Made by a program: the position numbers and the translations under genes. Below the pieces are notes generated by a model. The model had not been told where the DNA came from. It searched no databases and was given only the letters and a program-made list of their open reading frames with translations. This document shows, piece after piece, positions 53,712-63,699 of a stretch of 64,000 bases of DNA (position 1 is the stretch's first letter; each line of letters begins with the position of its first letter). The DNA is taken from positions 1 to 64,000 of the forward strand of contig CAWCPV010000019.1 in NCBI GenBank assembly GCA_963797555.1, in the 5' to 3' direction. The stretch is from an uncultured Gammaproteobacteria bacterium. Its GTDB lineage: Bacteria; Pseudomonadota; Gammaproteobacteria; CAWCPV01.

Positions 53712-54114
53712 AGTTGTGCTCGACTGATGGTCAGGAGTGGCTCGTTCGCGCGGGCCGCACGCCGCACGACCACCTGCCTGTCGTCAAGCGCGCGAAGTCC
53801 GCCCCGCGCAACACCGTCTGCTCAAGGAGACTGCCCGACCGGAGGAGCCATTGGCGTTGTCGCAAGCTGGAACTCCTCGGGAGCGCTTCCCCTGCTCGGG
53901 CAGCATAGGACCTCGGCTCAATAAGACCGACGCGGCACGAACCGTTTGACAAGGCTCGACCGAGTGGCCGAACGTGGCGTAGCTCGTCGAAGCCCCGACA
54001 CGACGGCCCATTGCGAGACAGGCACCGGGTCGTGCTCGTTTGGGGCTCCGATACAATCGAGCTGGACCATCGAAGCACGCCGCAATTGCCAAACACAAAT
54101 GTGTAGTATAAAGT

Positions 54115-54386
54115 ATAATGGAAAAAGCTGAGCTGCTGCCATCTGCGCTCCCGAGTGTCGTGCACCGGCTGGCCTTGCACTCCACAGGCCGGACAGGCGA
54201 AGCGGCTACCCTTGGCAAACGCCACATCGAGGTCCATGCGCCCAGCCTCGGGGTCGAAGCGTACGCCGGTGACCTCCCAAGCCGCCGTCAGGCCCAGCGC
54301 CGTAGTGAGCAGATGCGCTGGCGGCATGATAGCAACCAGTCAGAGCAGATGCTAACAGTACGAGGCGCACAATCGACGAAAGAGCC
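54115..54386 (-). mobile_element. ISL3-family left end with truncated transposase
   Basis: GGCTCTTTCGTCGATT terminus; ALGL..W.V..V.F, F.CP.CG, VHDT..R.W..L.FF. Confidence 0.8.
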
Positions 54387-54708
54387 ATCGTTCTCCTGTC
54401 GGGTGAGTCGGGATGCGGCCCGATTCTAGCTGGGCTGCCATGATAAATCAGTACGTTGCAGCCAGCCAGGAAGATCCGGAGTCGCGGAATCAGGTAAGAT
54501 CCGTCCGGACTTCGACGCCTTGGTGGGTCAGATCTCAGAGATCCCTCATTCTTGTCCGTGATTACAAGCTGTCGATTATGGGGTGAAACGACATCAGGCT
54601 TCGCCTGGCTTCCCACGGAGCGAAGCCAATGGCAAACCTGCTTCACCGCGTGCTACGAGGGCATGCCGGTTGACGGTGTCTCCAATGCTTGGCCCTCTTG
54701 GCGCACCT

Positions 54709-54855
54709 TAGCAGGCTGTTGAAAAACTCCTGCGGACATTGAATCGGGGCGAGTCAATGGTGACTCAAGATTGAAGAATCAACGACTTATGTGGCAGCGC
54801 TCGGCCGCCGGACACGAAAAGCAGCCTGCGGCCGGACTTTTTCAACACCCTGTTA
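54709..54855. mobile_element. MITE with IS5/IS1182-like terminal repeats (147 bp)
   Basis: tagcaggctgttgaaaaa ... tttttcaacaccctgtta with no ORF between. Confidence 0.7.
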
Positions 54856-55034
54856 GACTCGGCTTTCAAGCGCAACAGCTAAAGACGGAGTAACACGTTG
54901 CCATGGGAAGAGCTACCGACATTTGAGCAGTGAGGAACGGGCCGCTGCGGAGTAAGCGGGTGTTCGCCATCGTTTAACCAGGACAAAGGGCACCCCATCG
55001 TCCTCTCATCGCACGATTGATCATCCTCACGACT

Positions 55035-56099
55035 ATGGTCACATTGCAAGACGATTCGTCATTTGGTAATTCCCGCATAGATGCGGCCTCGGTGTCCGCT
55101 AACCGCCCACATCCATGTCGCTTGTCCCTGGTGGTACCGTGCTTCAATGAAGCCGACCTGCTGCAGGAAACCCATAGCCGTCTGCACGCGACGTTTGCCG
55201 ATGTCCCGGGAATCGATCTCGAAGTCATCTATGTCGATGACGGCAGTACCGACGCGACCCTTGCCATGCTTAAAGCCGTTCAGGCAAACGACAACCGCAC
55301 TCGGGTGGTCTCGTTTTCCCGCAACTTTGGTCATCAGGTGGCAATTACTGCAGGGCTGGAGCACGCCTCCGGCGATGCTGTAGTGGTGATGGATGCAGAC
55401 TTGCAGGATCCGCCGGAGGTGGTTCTGGCGATGCTCGACCGCTGGCGGCATGGAGTTGACGTGGCCTACGGCTTGCGCCGGCAGCGCCACGGCGAGACCG
55501 CGTTCAAGCGCTGGTCGGCAAAGACATTCTACCGGACTATCAACAAAATTTCGGATACGCCTATTCCATTGGACACCGGCGATTTCCGTCTAATGGACCG
55601 CCGCGTCGTGGACGCGATTCTCGTCATGCCAGAGCGGGACCGATTCGTTCGCGGCATGGTGGCTTGGGTTGGCTTCCGCCAAGAGCCAGTCCCCTATGAT
55701 CGTGCCGCGCGGTTTGCCGGTAACACGAAATATCCGCTGAGCAAGATGTTTCGCTTTGCGACGGACGGACTACTCTCTTTCTCCCTTGTCCCTTTGCGTC
55801 TTGCGAGCTGGTTGGGCTTTGCAACCGCAGGACTGGCTGTGATAGGTATCTTGTACGCGGTAGGTATGCGGCTGCTGACAGATGTCTGGGTACCCGGTTG
55901 GACGTTGTTGTTCATTGCACTACTTTTCATGGGCGGTGTCCAACTGGTGTTCCTTGGGATCATAGGAGAATACCTTGGTCGCACTTACGGGGAGGTCAAG
56001 CGGCGCCCGTTGTATGTAGTCCGTGAGCGGCTTGGGTTTCCTGAGACGCATTCAAATATCATGAATCCGGTTTCGCGGGGGACGGGAGAAACTAGATGA
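55035..56099 (+). CDS. GtrB/DPM1-like GT2 (polyprenyl-phosphate glycosyltransferase); start uncertain
   Basis: VVPCFNE, VDDGS.D, SRNFGHQ, MDADLQDPP, GDFRLMD, two C-terminal TMs, GEYLGR.Y.EVK.RP. Confidence 0.9.
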   Translation: MVTLQDDSSFGNSRIDAASVSANRPHPCRLSLVVPCFNEADLLQETHSRLHATFADVPGIDLEVIYVDDGSTDATLAMLKAVQANDNRTRVVSFSRNFGHQVAITAGLEHASGDAVVVMDADLQDPPEVVLAMLDRWRHGVDVAYGLRRQRHGETAFKRWSAKTFYRTINKISDTPIPLDTGDFRLMDRRVVDAILVMPERDRFVRGMVAWVGFRQEPVPYDRAARFAGNTKYPLSKMFRFATDGLLSFSLVPLRLASWLGFATAGLAVIGILYAVGMRLLTDVWVPGWTLLFIALLFMGGVQLVFLGIIGEYLGRTYGEVKRRPLYVVRERLGFPETHSNIMNPVSRGTGETR

Positions 56100-57109
56100 T
56101 CCGCGTGGGCGGACGGTGGCCCCGCTTGTTCTTCGGCGTAGCGGTTACCGGGATTTTTGCCTGGCTTCTGCTCGCGGAATTCGACGCCAAAGTGGCCTTA
56201 AGAACCCTGGCAGACGTTTCGCTCCCGTTTCTAGGTGTGGCGCTCCTGCTGCTCACCGCTGATTATGCGTTGAGGGTAGTGCGCTGGTGGTGGATGCTGC
56301 GACTCATTAGGCCGGATGTCCACCTCGGCATCTGCGTTGGTCCGCTTATGGCCAGCATCGCTATCAACAACCTGGTGCCTTTTCGAGCAGGTGACGCCCT
56401 GCGTGTAATCGGGTTCCGCACTGACCTCGGGTCGTCTGCGATGCAGCTTCTAAGCACCCTGATCATGGAGCGATTATTGGACTTCACGACGCTCCTGCTA
56501 TTTTTCTTTCTGGGCCTTGCCATGGTCCCCGCAGAGGATATGTCGGATAAGCTGAGGTTGATTGGTTGGCTTGCTGGCATCTCGGTGACCGGAGCCCTGG
56601 CCCTTCTGTTTCTGCCCTGGCCGGAACGACTGCTTCACTGGCTCGCTGAGCGCCGGGCCGTGTCCCGCGCAAGCCGCGCCGCGGATGTCCTGCATCACGG
56701 CGAGCACCTGCTACGGGCCCTGCAACTGTTACGCCGTCCAACCGAAAGCTGGCAACTAATGTTGCTCTCGTTGGGCATCTGGGCCTTTGAGGGCGGCGTC
56801 TTCGCAGCGGTTGCGGCGTCTCTCGGGGTCGGCGGCCCACCAATGGCATCATGGTTTGCCTTGTCCACCGGTACTCTAGCCACCGTCCTACCGAGCACCC
56901 CAGGATATGTGGGCACTTTTGACTACTTCACGATGCTCGGGATGATCGCGTTCGGCACTAAGCCGCAGCAGGCGGCCACTTTTGCCCTTGTCGTTCATAC
57001 CCTCCTTTGGCTTTCGCTAACCTTGGCAGGGGGAGTCTATTTGGGAGCCGCCATGCTGCGCGTGGGTGGTGCCCGAGAATCGCTGCATCCAACCTACGGG
57101 AAGACGTGA
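56096..57109 (+). CDS. lysylphosphatidylglycerol synthase TM-domain (UPF0104) flippase-like protein
   Basis: R..RW, NNLVPFRAGD..R, ERLLD, PSTPG.VG; about 8 TM. Confidence 0.85.
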   Translation: MIRVGGRWPRLFFGVAVTGIFAWLLLAEFDAKVALRTLADVSLPFLGVALLLLTADYALRVVRWWWMLRLIRPDVHLGICVGPLMASIAINNLVPFRAGDALRVIGFRTDLGSSAMQLLSTLIMERLLDFTTLLLFFFLGLAMVPAEDMSDKLRLIGWLAGISVTGALALLFLPWPERLLHWLAERRAVSRASRAADVLHHGEHLLRALQLLRRPTESWQLMLLSLGIWAFEGGVFAAVAASLGVGGPPMASWFALSTGTLATVLPSTPGYVGTFDYFTMLGMIAFGTKPQQAATFALVVHTLLWLSLTLAGGVYLGAAMLRVGGARESLHPTYGKT

Positions 57110-58434
57110 TGACCTCCAGTTCCCCAGCGCCTCATGTCGCGGTCATCGGCGGTGGTTTTTGTGGACTCAGCGCGGCCTACGAGTTAGGCCGCCACGGTAT
57201 TCGCGGCACGGTCCTGGAAAGCGAATCCATGATTGGCGGGTTGGCCGGCAGCTTCTCAGTCAACGGAGTGCAACTGGAAAAGTTCTACCACCACTGGTTT
57301 ACCAACGACATCCATGTCATGCAACTCGTCCGGGAATTGGGGGTCGAGGAGAACGTCATCCTGCGGCCGACCCGAACGGGGGTCTATTACGCCAATGATT
57401 TCTTCAGGCTGTCCACCCCGCTCGACGTGTTGCGATTCAGTGCGCTGCCGGTGCTCGGCAGGATCCGCCTTGGCCTGCTCGCCTTGCGCGCCAGGCGGGT
57501 TGAAGACTGGCGTTCTCTCGAAGACATGACAGCCTCCGAGTGGCTCAAGGCCATGGGTGGCGATGAGGTCTTCCGGGTGGTTTGGGAGCCCCTGCTGCGC
57601 GGCAAGTTCGGTGACTTCGCCAGCGACGTCTCCGCAGTCTGGTTCTGGAACAAGTTAAAGCTGCGGGGCGGTAGCCGTGGCAAGGGTGGAGAGGAACGGC
57701 TCGCCTACTACCGAGGAGGGTTCGCCGCGCTGGCTGAAGAGTTGCAGGTCCGCATTGAAGGATTCGGCGGGCGTGTTATCGTCTCAGCACAGGTCGATTC
57801 GCTGATCGTAGAGCGCGGACGAGTCGTCGGCGTCCTGGCTAACGGAAGAGAGGTCAGGGCGGACGCTGTGATTGCAACGCCGCCTCTGCCTATCGTGGCC
57901 GACTTGGTGGAGCCACATGGCCGTTCTGACTATGCGGCCAGGCTGCGCCGCGTGAAATACCTGGCAAATCTGTGCCTGGTGCTGCGGCTCGACCGGAGAC
58001 TCAGCGAGACTTACTGGCTTAACGTAAATGATCCAAGCTTTCCCTTTGTCGGCGTCATTGAGCACACGAACTTCCAGTCGCCGGATCTATACGGTGGCCA
58101 CATATGCTACCTGTCCAAATACCTCCCCGAGTCTGATCCCCTATTCCGGATGACGGACGACGAGATCCTCAATTACTCGCTACCACATCTCAAACGTATG
58201 TTCCCGGACTTCTGCGACGATTGGGTCATGGATGCATACTTGTGGCGCGCTCGCCATGCCCAGCCGGTAGTGGAGCGGCTTTACAGCCAGCTCATTCCCG
58301 ACAGTACTACCCCCTTGCCAGGCATGTATCTCGCTTCCATGGCCCAAATCTATCCCCAGGATCGGGGCACCAATTACGCGATCCACCAGGGGAGGCGGAT
58401 CGCGACCCAGGTAGCCGGTGCGCTCCTCGGATAA
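57109..58434 (+). CDS. NAD(P)/FAD-dependent oxidoreductase of glycan loci (protoporphyrinogen oxidase/mutase-like fold)
   Basis: GGGFCG Rossmann motif, LEKFYHHWF, YWLNV.D, EHTNF, QIYP.DRG.NYA. Confidence 0.85.
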   Translation: MTSSSPAPHVAVIGGGFCGLSAAYELGRHGIRGTVLESESMIGGLAGSFSVNGVQLEKFYHHWFTNDIHVMQLVRELGVEENVILRPTRTGVYYANDFFRLSTPLDVLRFSALPVLGRIRLGLLALRARRVEDWRSLEDMTASEWLKAMGGDEVFRVVWEPLLRGKFGDFASDVSAVWFWNKLKLRGGSRGKGGEERLAYYRGGFAALAEELQVRIEGFGGRVIVSAQVDSLIVERGRVVGVLANGREVRADAVIATPPLPIVADLVEPHGRSDYAARLRRVKYLANLCLVLRLDRRLSETYWLNVNDPSFPFVGVIEHTNFQSPDLYGGHICYLSKYLPESDPLFRMTDDEILNYSLPHLKRMFPDFCDDWVMDAYLWRARHAQPVVERLYSQLIPDSTTPLPGMYLASMAQIYPQDRGTNYAIHQGRRIATQVAGALLG

Positions 58435-58526
58435 GTGCGAATGCGGCGCTATTTCGAGGAGCGTCAGGGTCCGCGGCCAGCCGCGTGGCTTGACCACCGA
58501 ACGAAGGCTTGACGATGGGAGAGATC

Positions 58527-60002
58527 ATGCAACCATCTTACCACTGGGGACGGGGCCACAGTATAGTGTTCATCCTGGGCGCCTTCCTCATCCTGGTATC
58601 CGGAAGGGAGTATGGGTTAGCGGATAATGGGGATTTTGGCCGCTATTTCGGCCCCTATATCGATCGACCGGCTGAGTTACCGGTGAACTGGCCGTCTGCC
58701 GGTACACCGCAGTATGCTCGGCGCTTTTTTCGCACTCCAATTATCTATTGGCATCCGGCGGACAACCATACAAGACACGGGTCGTGGATCAGCAGCGCGC
58801 ACTTGTTCTGGGCTCTGGGCTATGCATTGAATTGCGTGCTATACAGCCCCCAGGTGGTAAATTTGCGCATCCTAGTACTGCCGTTTTTTGTCGTCCATCT
58901 GGGGTTATTCGCTTTTGTGCTGCGATCTGTTTCGCGCACTGCGAGTTCAGTCGTGCCCAGCATGCTGTTTCTCCTGATATTCTCAGACGCTCTCCTGTTG
59001 AGCTTCTATACTTCGTTCTATGCGGAGAGCCTTGCCATCCTGTCCCTATTCGGCCTTCTGGCTCTCGCGGTGGCACCCGAACATGACCCTGGCGCTCTGG
59101 CGCTACACGCATGGTTTGGCGTCTTCTTTGCAGGGCTCTGCGCAACCATTTTGTTGACAAAACGGCAATATGTATACCTTGCGTTACCTGCGGCTGGAGT
59201 TCTCATCTGGCAGTTGATGCAGTGGCGCTCTCACCCGGCGCTGCCACCGAGGACCGGGATCACAATGGCGGCGTCTCTGGCGATGGTACTCCTGGCAACA
59301 ATGGGGTCAGTTGAGGAACGTTCAGGCTCGGAGACCTCCGCGGTGAGAAATACCAGCTATAACTCTCTGTACTTCGGCGTGATGATGTTTTCCGCTGATA
59401 AACTGGCGATGCTCTCTGCGCTTGGATTGCCGAAGGAGTCGTCGTCCCTGGTCGGCGTCCACGCCTTCACCCGCGAATCGACGGCGTTCATCGCAAAGAC
59501 CGCGCAGCTCCGACCGTCCTTGCTGCTCCGGGCCGCCGTTTTCGAGCCGCAGGCATACCTGCGGCTCATATGCCACAACCTGCGCGAGCTGGGCAACTTA
59601 AAACTGCGCCTCGGGGCAGTACCGGGCGCGGACAGGGGACATCCACCGCCATGGTTAAGGCCTTTGTCGACGGTCGGTGGTTGGCTCGCCGGGTGGCCGT
59701 TCTTGCTGCTTTGCCTGTCCTCGGAGGTGTTGGCCCTTTTCCTAGCGATGCGTCTCCCGCCAGGGCAGCGGCAACGGGTCTGGGCGATCACTCTTACTCT
59801 GTGCTCGATAGTGGTCCTCGACCCCATAGTCTCCACATTCGACGGTATACAGGAGGCGCGAAAGCACATCGTCCTTGGGAGCGCCGCGGGGTACATTTTG
59901 ACTGTGTTTACCGCGACGCTGGCTCTGACATACGGTCGAGCGTCCTTGCCCCGCTCGAAGGGGGACAGACAGACGGGAGGTGCAATCTTAGCGCAGCACT
60001 AG
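58527..60002 (+). CDS. polytopic GT-C-type membrane protein, WsfD-like
   Basis: G.ADNGDF.R motif after the first TM, S.Y.E, TKRQ, RKH near the C-terminus; about 10 TM. Confidence 0.6.
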   Translation: MQPSYHWGRGHSIVFILGAFLILVSGREYGLADNGDFGRYFGPYIDRPAELPVNWPSAGTPQYARRFFRTPIIYWHPADNHTRHGSWISSAHLFWALGYALNCVLYSPQVVNLRILVLPFFVVHLGLFAFVLRSVSRTASSVVPSMLFLLIFSDALLLSFYTSFYAESLAILSLFGLLALAVAPEHDPGALALHAWFGVFFAGLCATILLTKRQYVYLALPAAGVLIWQLMQWRSHPALPPRTGITMAASLAMVLLATMGSVEERSGSETSAVRNTSYNSLYFGVMMFSADKLAMLSALGLPKESSSLVGVHAFTRESTAFIAKTAQLRPSLLLRAAVFEPQAYLRLICHNLRELGNLKLRLGAVPGADRGHPPPWLRPLSTVGGWLAGWPFLLLCLSSEVLALFLAMRLPPGQRQRVWAITLTLCSIVVLDPIVSTFDGIQEARKHIVLGSAAGYILTVFTATLALTYGRASLPRSKGDRQTGGAILAQH

Positions 60003-62227
60003 CCGCAGGATGGAGTGAGATATTGTCGTTGGAAGATGCAATTAACATCTGAAAAGATGGACCTTCGTCCTGGTTGCACGGATTGCACGCCATCGGAGCA
60101 GCGTGCCGGCTACCTCCGTTCGTTGGGCCGGGCTGAGGCGACCATCGGCTAGGAGCTGACCTACCGATCATGGCCATTCTGGCCGCGGATCCGATCCTCG
60201 ACAGCCGCAGTTGTTTCAACGGGCAAGTTCGGCCCGTGGTTCATGTGAAGGCAGGACCCCTCTCCTCTGTCACATATGGCCGGCCCAGTGTTTGCCAGGC
60301 GAGAGCGAAGGGCACGAAATAGGTAAGTTGCTTTGCTGTCATATACCCGGCCTTTTTTGGCGTAGCAGATCACTGCGGCCGCTGAGGGGGCGAGCCATCG
60401 CGCACCAACGCGCGGGCGGAAACCTCTTTGCTGAAACCGAATAGCACTGATTTGCCTCCGCACGCACCTACCGCTCGGCAGCCCTCAGAATCAACACGTG
60501 CGCGTTGGAGTAAACCCCCGAAGCTTGATTGAAAAACGCGATCTCGATTGTATCCCTGCCTCTCAGCTGCACTGGCACCCGCGCACTTGCGAACTTGGCA
60601 CGAATCGTATCGGCGATAGGATAACCATCGACGCTTATCACGATAGCGCTCGACAAGGAGACTGCGCCTTTCGGAACCGCCCATACCGTGCCCGTTTTCG
60701 GATTGAAGCCAGCCGATGCGAGCTCGGGCACGTCTCCACCCTCCTGCGGGGTCGTGACGGCGAGGAGCGAAAACGGCCCCACACTGAATAGGCGCCGAGA
60801 GGACTCGTTGACGACCCGCTCCACATCCTTGTCTTGCTCCCAATTAAAGTAATCGCTTACCAAGACGAAATCACCCTGTTTGATCTCGGTGTCAGGATTC
60901 TTCAAGTCGTGCAAGTCCAAGTCCACTAACTGCTGCACGTCCCAGTGGCGCCACCAGCCCGAACTCCATATCGTCGCCTCGGGGTGGATAGCCAGAAAGT
61001 CCTTGAGCCTTTGCGAAAACTCGAGCAAGCTGGCCGTACGCGCGTCAACTGTGGTTCGCAACGGTAGAGCGAGCGCCACAGCGCCGCTTACGGATAGGGC
61101 AACCAGCCAAGCGGCGGCGCGCCGATGCCGGGAGGTGGTCGGGAGTGCGTTCCAACCGGCAAGAACCGCAGCGGCGAGACTCCAGGCGAGCAGGACCAAT
61201 CCAATCTGGGCATGACGCCCGAAGGTGCTGCTGGACTTGAAGACCCACCAAAACAGCAAAGCTGCCCCTCCGATGCCGAGCAAGAGTCCCAACGAATGCC
61301 AACTCGTCGTCGCGTCACCGCGCCTACGCGAATCCGCGAGGATACCGGTGCCTATCAAGCCGGCGGCTACCACCGCGAGACCGACGGGTGTCGTGACCGT
61401 CCGCACCATCTGGAAGCACGCGGCGACTCGCTCCCAGGTAACCCCCCATCCACCTTTAATCCCTGCACCGACATCTGGCCTTCCTATGAACCGAACGAAG
61501 TCCACCCAGTTGCCTACGTAGCCGGAGACAGAACCAAACTGCGCTAACCGGAATAGCTCATTGAGCACCACGACCCCGCCGATGCCCGTCAACACCATCA
61601 GCAAACGCCGGCTCTGCTCACGGAACGAAGAATGAAGAACCCATGGCAGAGCGACCGCCATCGCCACCAGCGGGATCAACACGATGACTTTTGTGTATAG
61701 CGCAAGGCCGGCAAGCCACCCCGCGCGTATTAAACCGGAGCGCGTTCGCGCCTTCACGTAGACGCTACAGGCGAAGATGATCAGAACGGCAGCGAGGACC
61801 TCGCCCATGAGGCTGTGCATTTGGGACACCGGTCTTACTACCGCCGCAGCCATAGCGACCATTCCGCCAGAAAAGGCTAGAGCGGATGCTCCATCGCTGC
61901 GCCAAACCACGAACACACCCACCAGCGCCAAAACGACCAGCAACCCACTCACCACGTTCGGCACGAACGGCGAATCGTTTATTGTAAGGGCTGCAGCGAC
62001 TGGCAGGAGCATGGTGCTCCCGGTCGTGACGTTCGCCGGATAGATCTCAAAAGTTTGGTAGATCTTGGCTCCGAATCCCTCACCGGCGGCCATCGAACGG
62101 GACACCGCCGCATTGTAGGAGGCGTCGTAGGCGGGGATCGCCGTTAAGGCGCGACTCGTCAACGTGGCCCCGAGATAGGCAAGGAGCAGAAGCGCAACTA
62201 TATCGATTATAGAGATCGAGCGTCGTT

Positions 62228-63313
62228 CTAGTGTAGTGCTTCATTCTGTTTAGAACTTAAACGTGCGTTGGCGCGGATGACCTTCTGCAGGATGTCCTTA
62301 GCCTTGGCGGTCCAGATGAAGGGTTTGGGATTGGCGTTGTGGGCATCGACATAGCGGTTGATGGCATGGATCAACTCGGGGACGCTTCGAAACACGCCAC
62401 GGCGCAACCGATCCACAGTCAGGTCGCGGAAGAATCGCTCGACCATGTTCAACCAGGATGCTGAGGTGGGCGTGAAATGGATGTGGAAACGCGGGTGTTT
62501 TCCCAGCCATTTCTGAACGTTGGGATGTTTGTGGGTGGCGTAGTTGTCGCAGACCAAGTGCAGTTCCTTGTCCTTGGGCGTCTCGCGGTCGATTTGGCGC
62601 AGGAAGGTGAGCCACTCCGTGTGGCGATGGTGCGGCTCGCAGCGGGCAATCACGGAACCCTCCAAGGTGTTCAGGGCAGCAAACAGTGTCGTGGTGCCAT
62701 GGCGCTTGTAGTCATGGGTCATGGTCGCAGCCCGCCCCTTCTTCAGCGGCAGGCCAGGTTGGGTACGATCCAGCGCCTGAACCTGACTCTTCTCGTCGCA
62801 GCACAACACCAAAGCATGCTCCGGGGGGGACAGATACAGCCCGACGATGTCCTCCAACTTCTCGGTGAATTTCGGGTCGCGCGATACCTTGAAGGATTCG
62901 ACACGATGCGGCTTCAGCCCATGGGCATGCCACACGCGCAGCACCGTGGTGTCGCTCACTCCCATTTCCTTAGCCAGGGTCCGCGTACTCCACTGTGTCG
63001 CTGCTAAGGGCTGGGTCTGAGTCGTGCGTCGCACGATCTCGGCGGCATCCACCTTGGGCTGACGACCTCCGCGCGGCAGGTCACACTCGATGGCCGCCAG
63101 CCCGCCTTGCGCATAGCGCTCCCGCCAACGCCCAACCTGCACACGCCCAATCTTGAGTTCCGCCGCGATGGCCTTGTTCTCCATGCCCACCGCCGCCAAC
63201 AGCACAATGCGCGCTCGGCGGGCCAGCCTCACACTCGTGGTGTTCGAACGCGACACACGCCTCAGGCTCCGCTGTTCTTCCGCGCTCAGTCGGACCATCG
63301 GGGCTACTCGCAT
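62228..63313 (-). CDS. IS630 transposase (361 aa)
   Basis: DEKSQVQAL, THDYKRHGTTTLFAAL, DNYATH, SWLNMVERFF. Confidence 0.95.
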   Translation of the reverse strand: MRVAPMVRLSAEEQRSLRRVSRSNTTSVRLARRARIVLLAAVGMENKAIAAELKIGRVQVGRWRERYAQGGLAAIECDLPRGGRQPKVDAAEIVRRTTQTQPLAATQWSTRTLAKEMGVSDTTVLRVWHAHGLKPHRVESFKVSRDPKFTEKLEDIVGLYLSPPEHALVLCCDEKSQVQALDRTQPGLPLKKGRAATMTHDYKRHGTTTLFAALNTLEGSVIARCEPHHRHTEWLTFLRQIDRETPKDKELHLVCDNYATHKHPNVQKWLGKHPRFHIHFTPTSASWLNMVERFFRDLTVDRLRRGVFRSVPELIHAINRYVDAHNANPKPFIWTAKAKDILQKVIRANARLSSKQNEALH

Positions 63314-63391
63314 CAGTGCTCTCCTGTCTTGGCTTCATAGCCCTGGACAGCGATAGATCATATATGTTCCGTTAATTACCAAGCACTACAC
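62231..63391 (-). mobile_element. IS630-family element, apparently intact
   Basis: TIR gtgtagtgctt, TA duplication at 62229 and 63392. Confidence 0.93.
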
Positions 63392-63699
63392 TAGCATGCA
63401 CCTGATTTTCAAACTAAGAGCCTCTGACAGAGAAACGGACCGTTGTACGTCTTGCCGGCCACGTGGCTGGGGCGCGCAACCTAGCTAAGCAACCTTGCGG
63501 CGCCACACCGCAGCCAACGAGGTCGAACCCGCCGCCAACTTCGCCGCGACCTACGCCACCCCTATGCCGATGGCGTAGTTGGTTCCCTGCTCTTCGTGTT
63601 GGATTTGTGCCAGGGTCGCCAAATGCGGGCTTTTCAGGGCGGTGGCGGGTATCAGCGGGCTATAGGGTTGGCGCCATAACACAAGCTGCGAATGTCGAG

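Larger units (their letters stand above)
60468..63397 (-). pseudogene. GT-C/ArnT-like membrane glycosyltransferase whose start codon is cut off by IS630
   Basis: YDASYNA, TTG.T.LLP, GE, GLA..TK motifs and many TMs; removing the IS restores ATG CTA GAA.. (MLERRSISIIDIVALLL) in frame with 62162. Confidence 0.7.

Noticed and set aside
53714-54114. Additional IS remnant ending at ccaaacacaaatgtgtagtata
   Set aside because: It looks like an IS end truncating ISL3, but no transposase motif or partner repeat could be identified.
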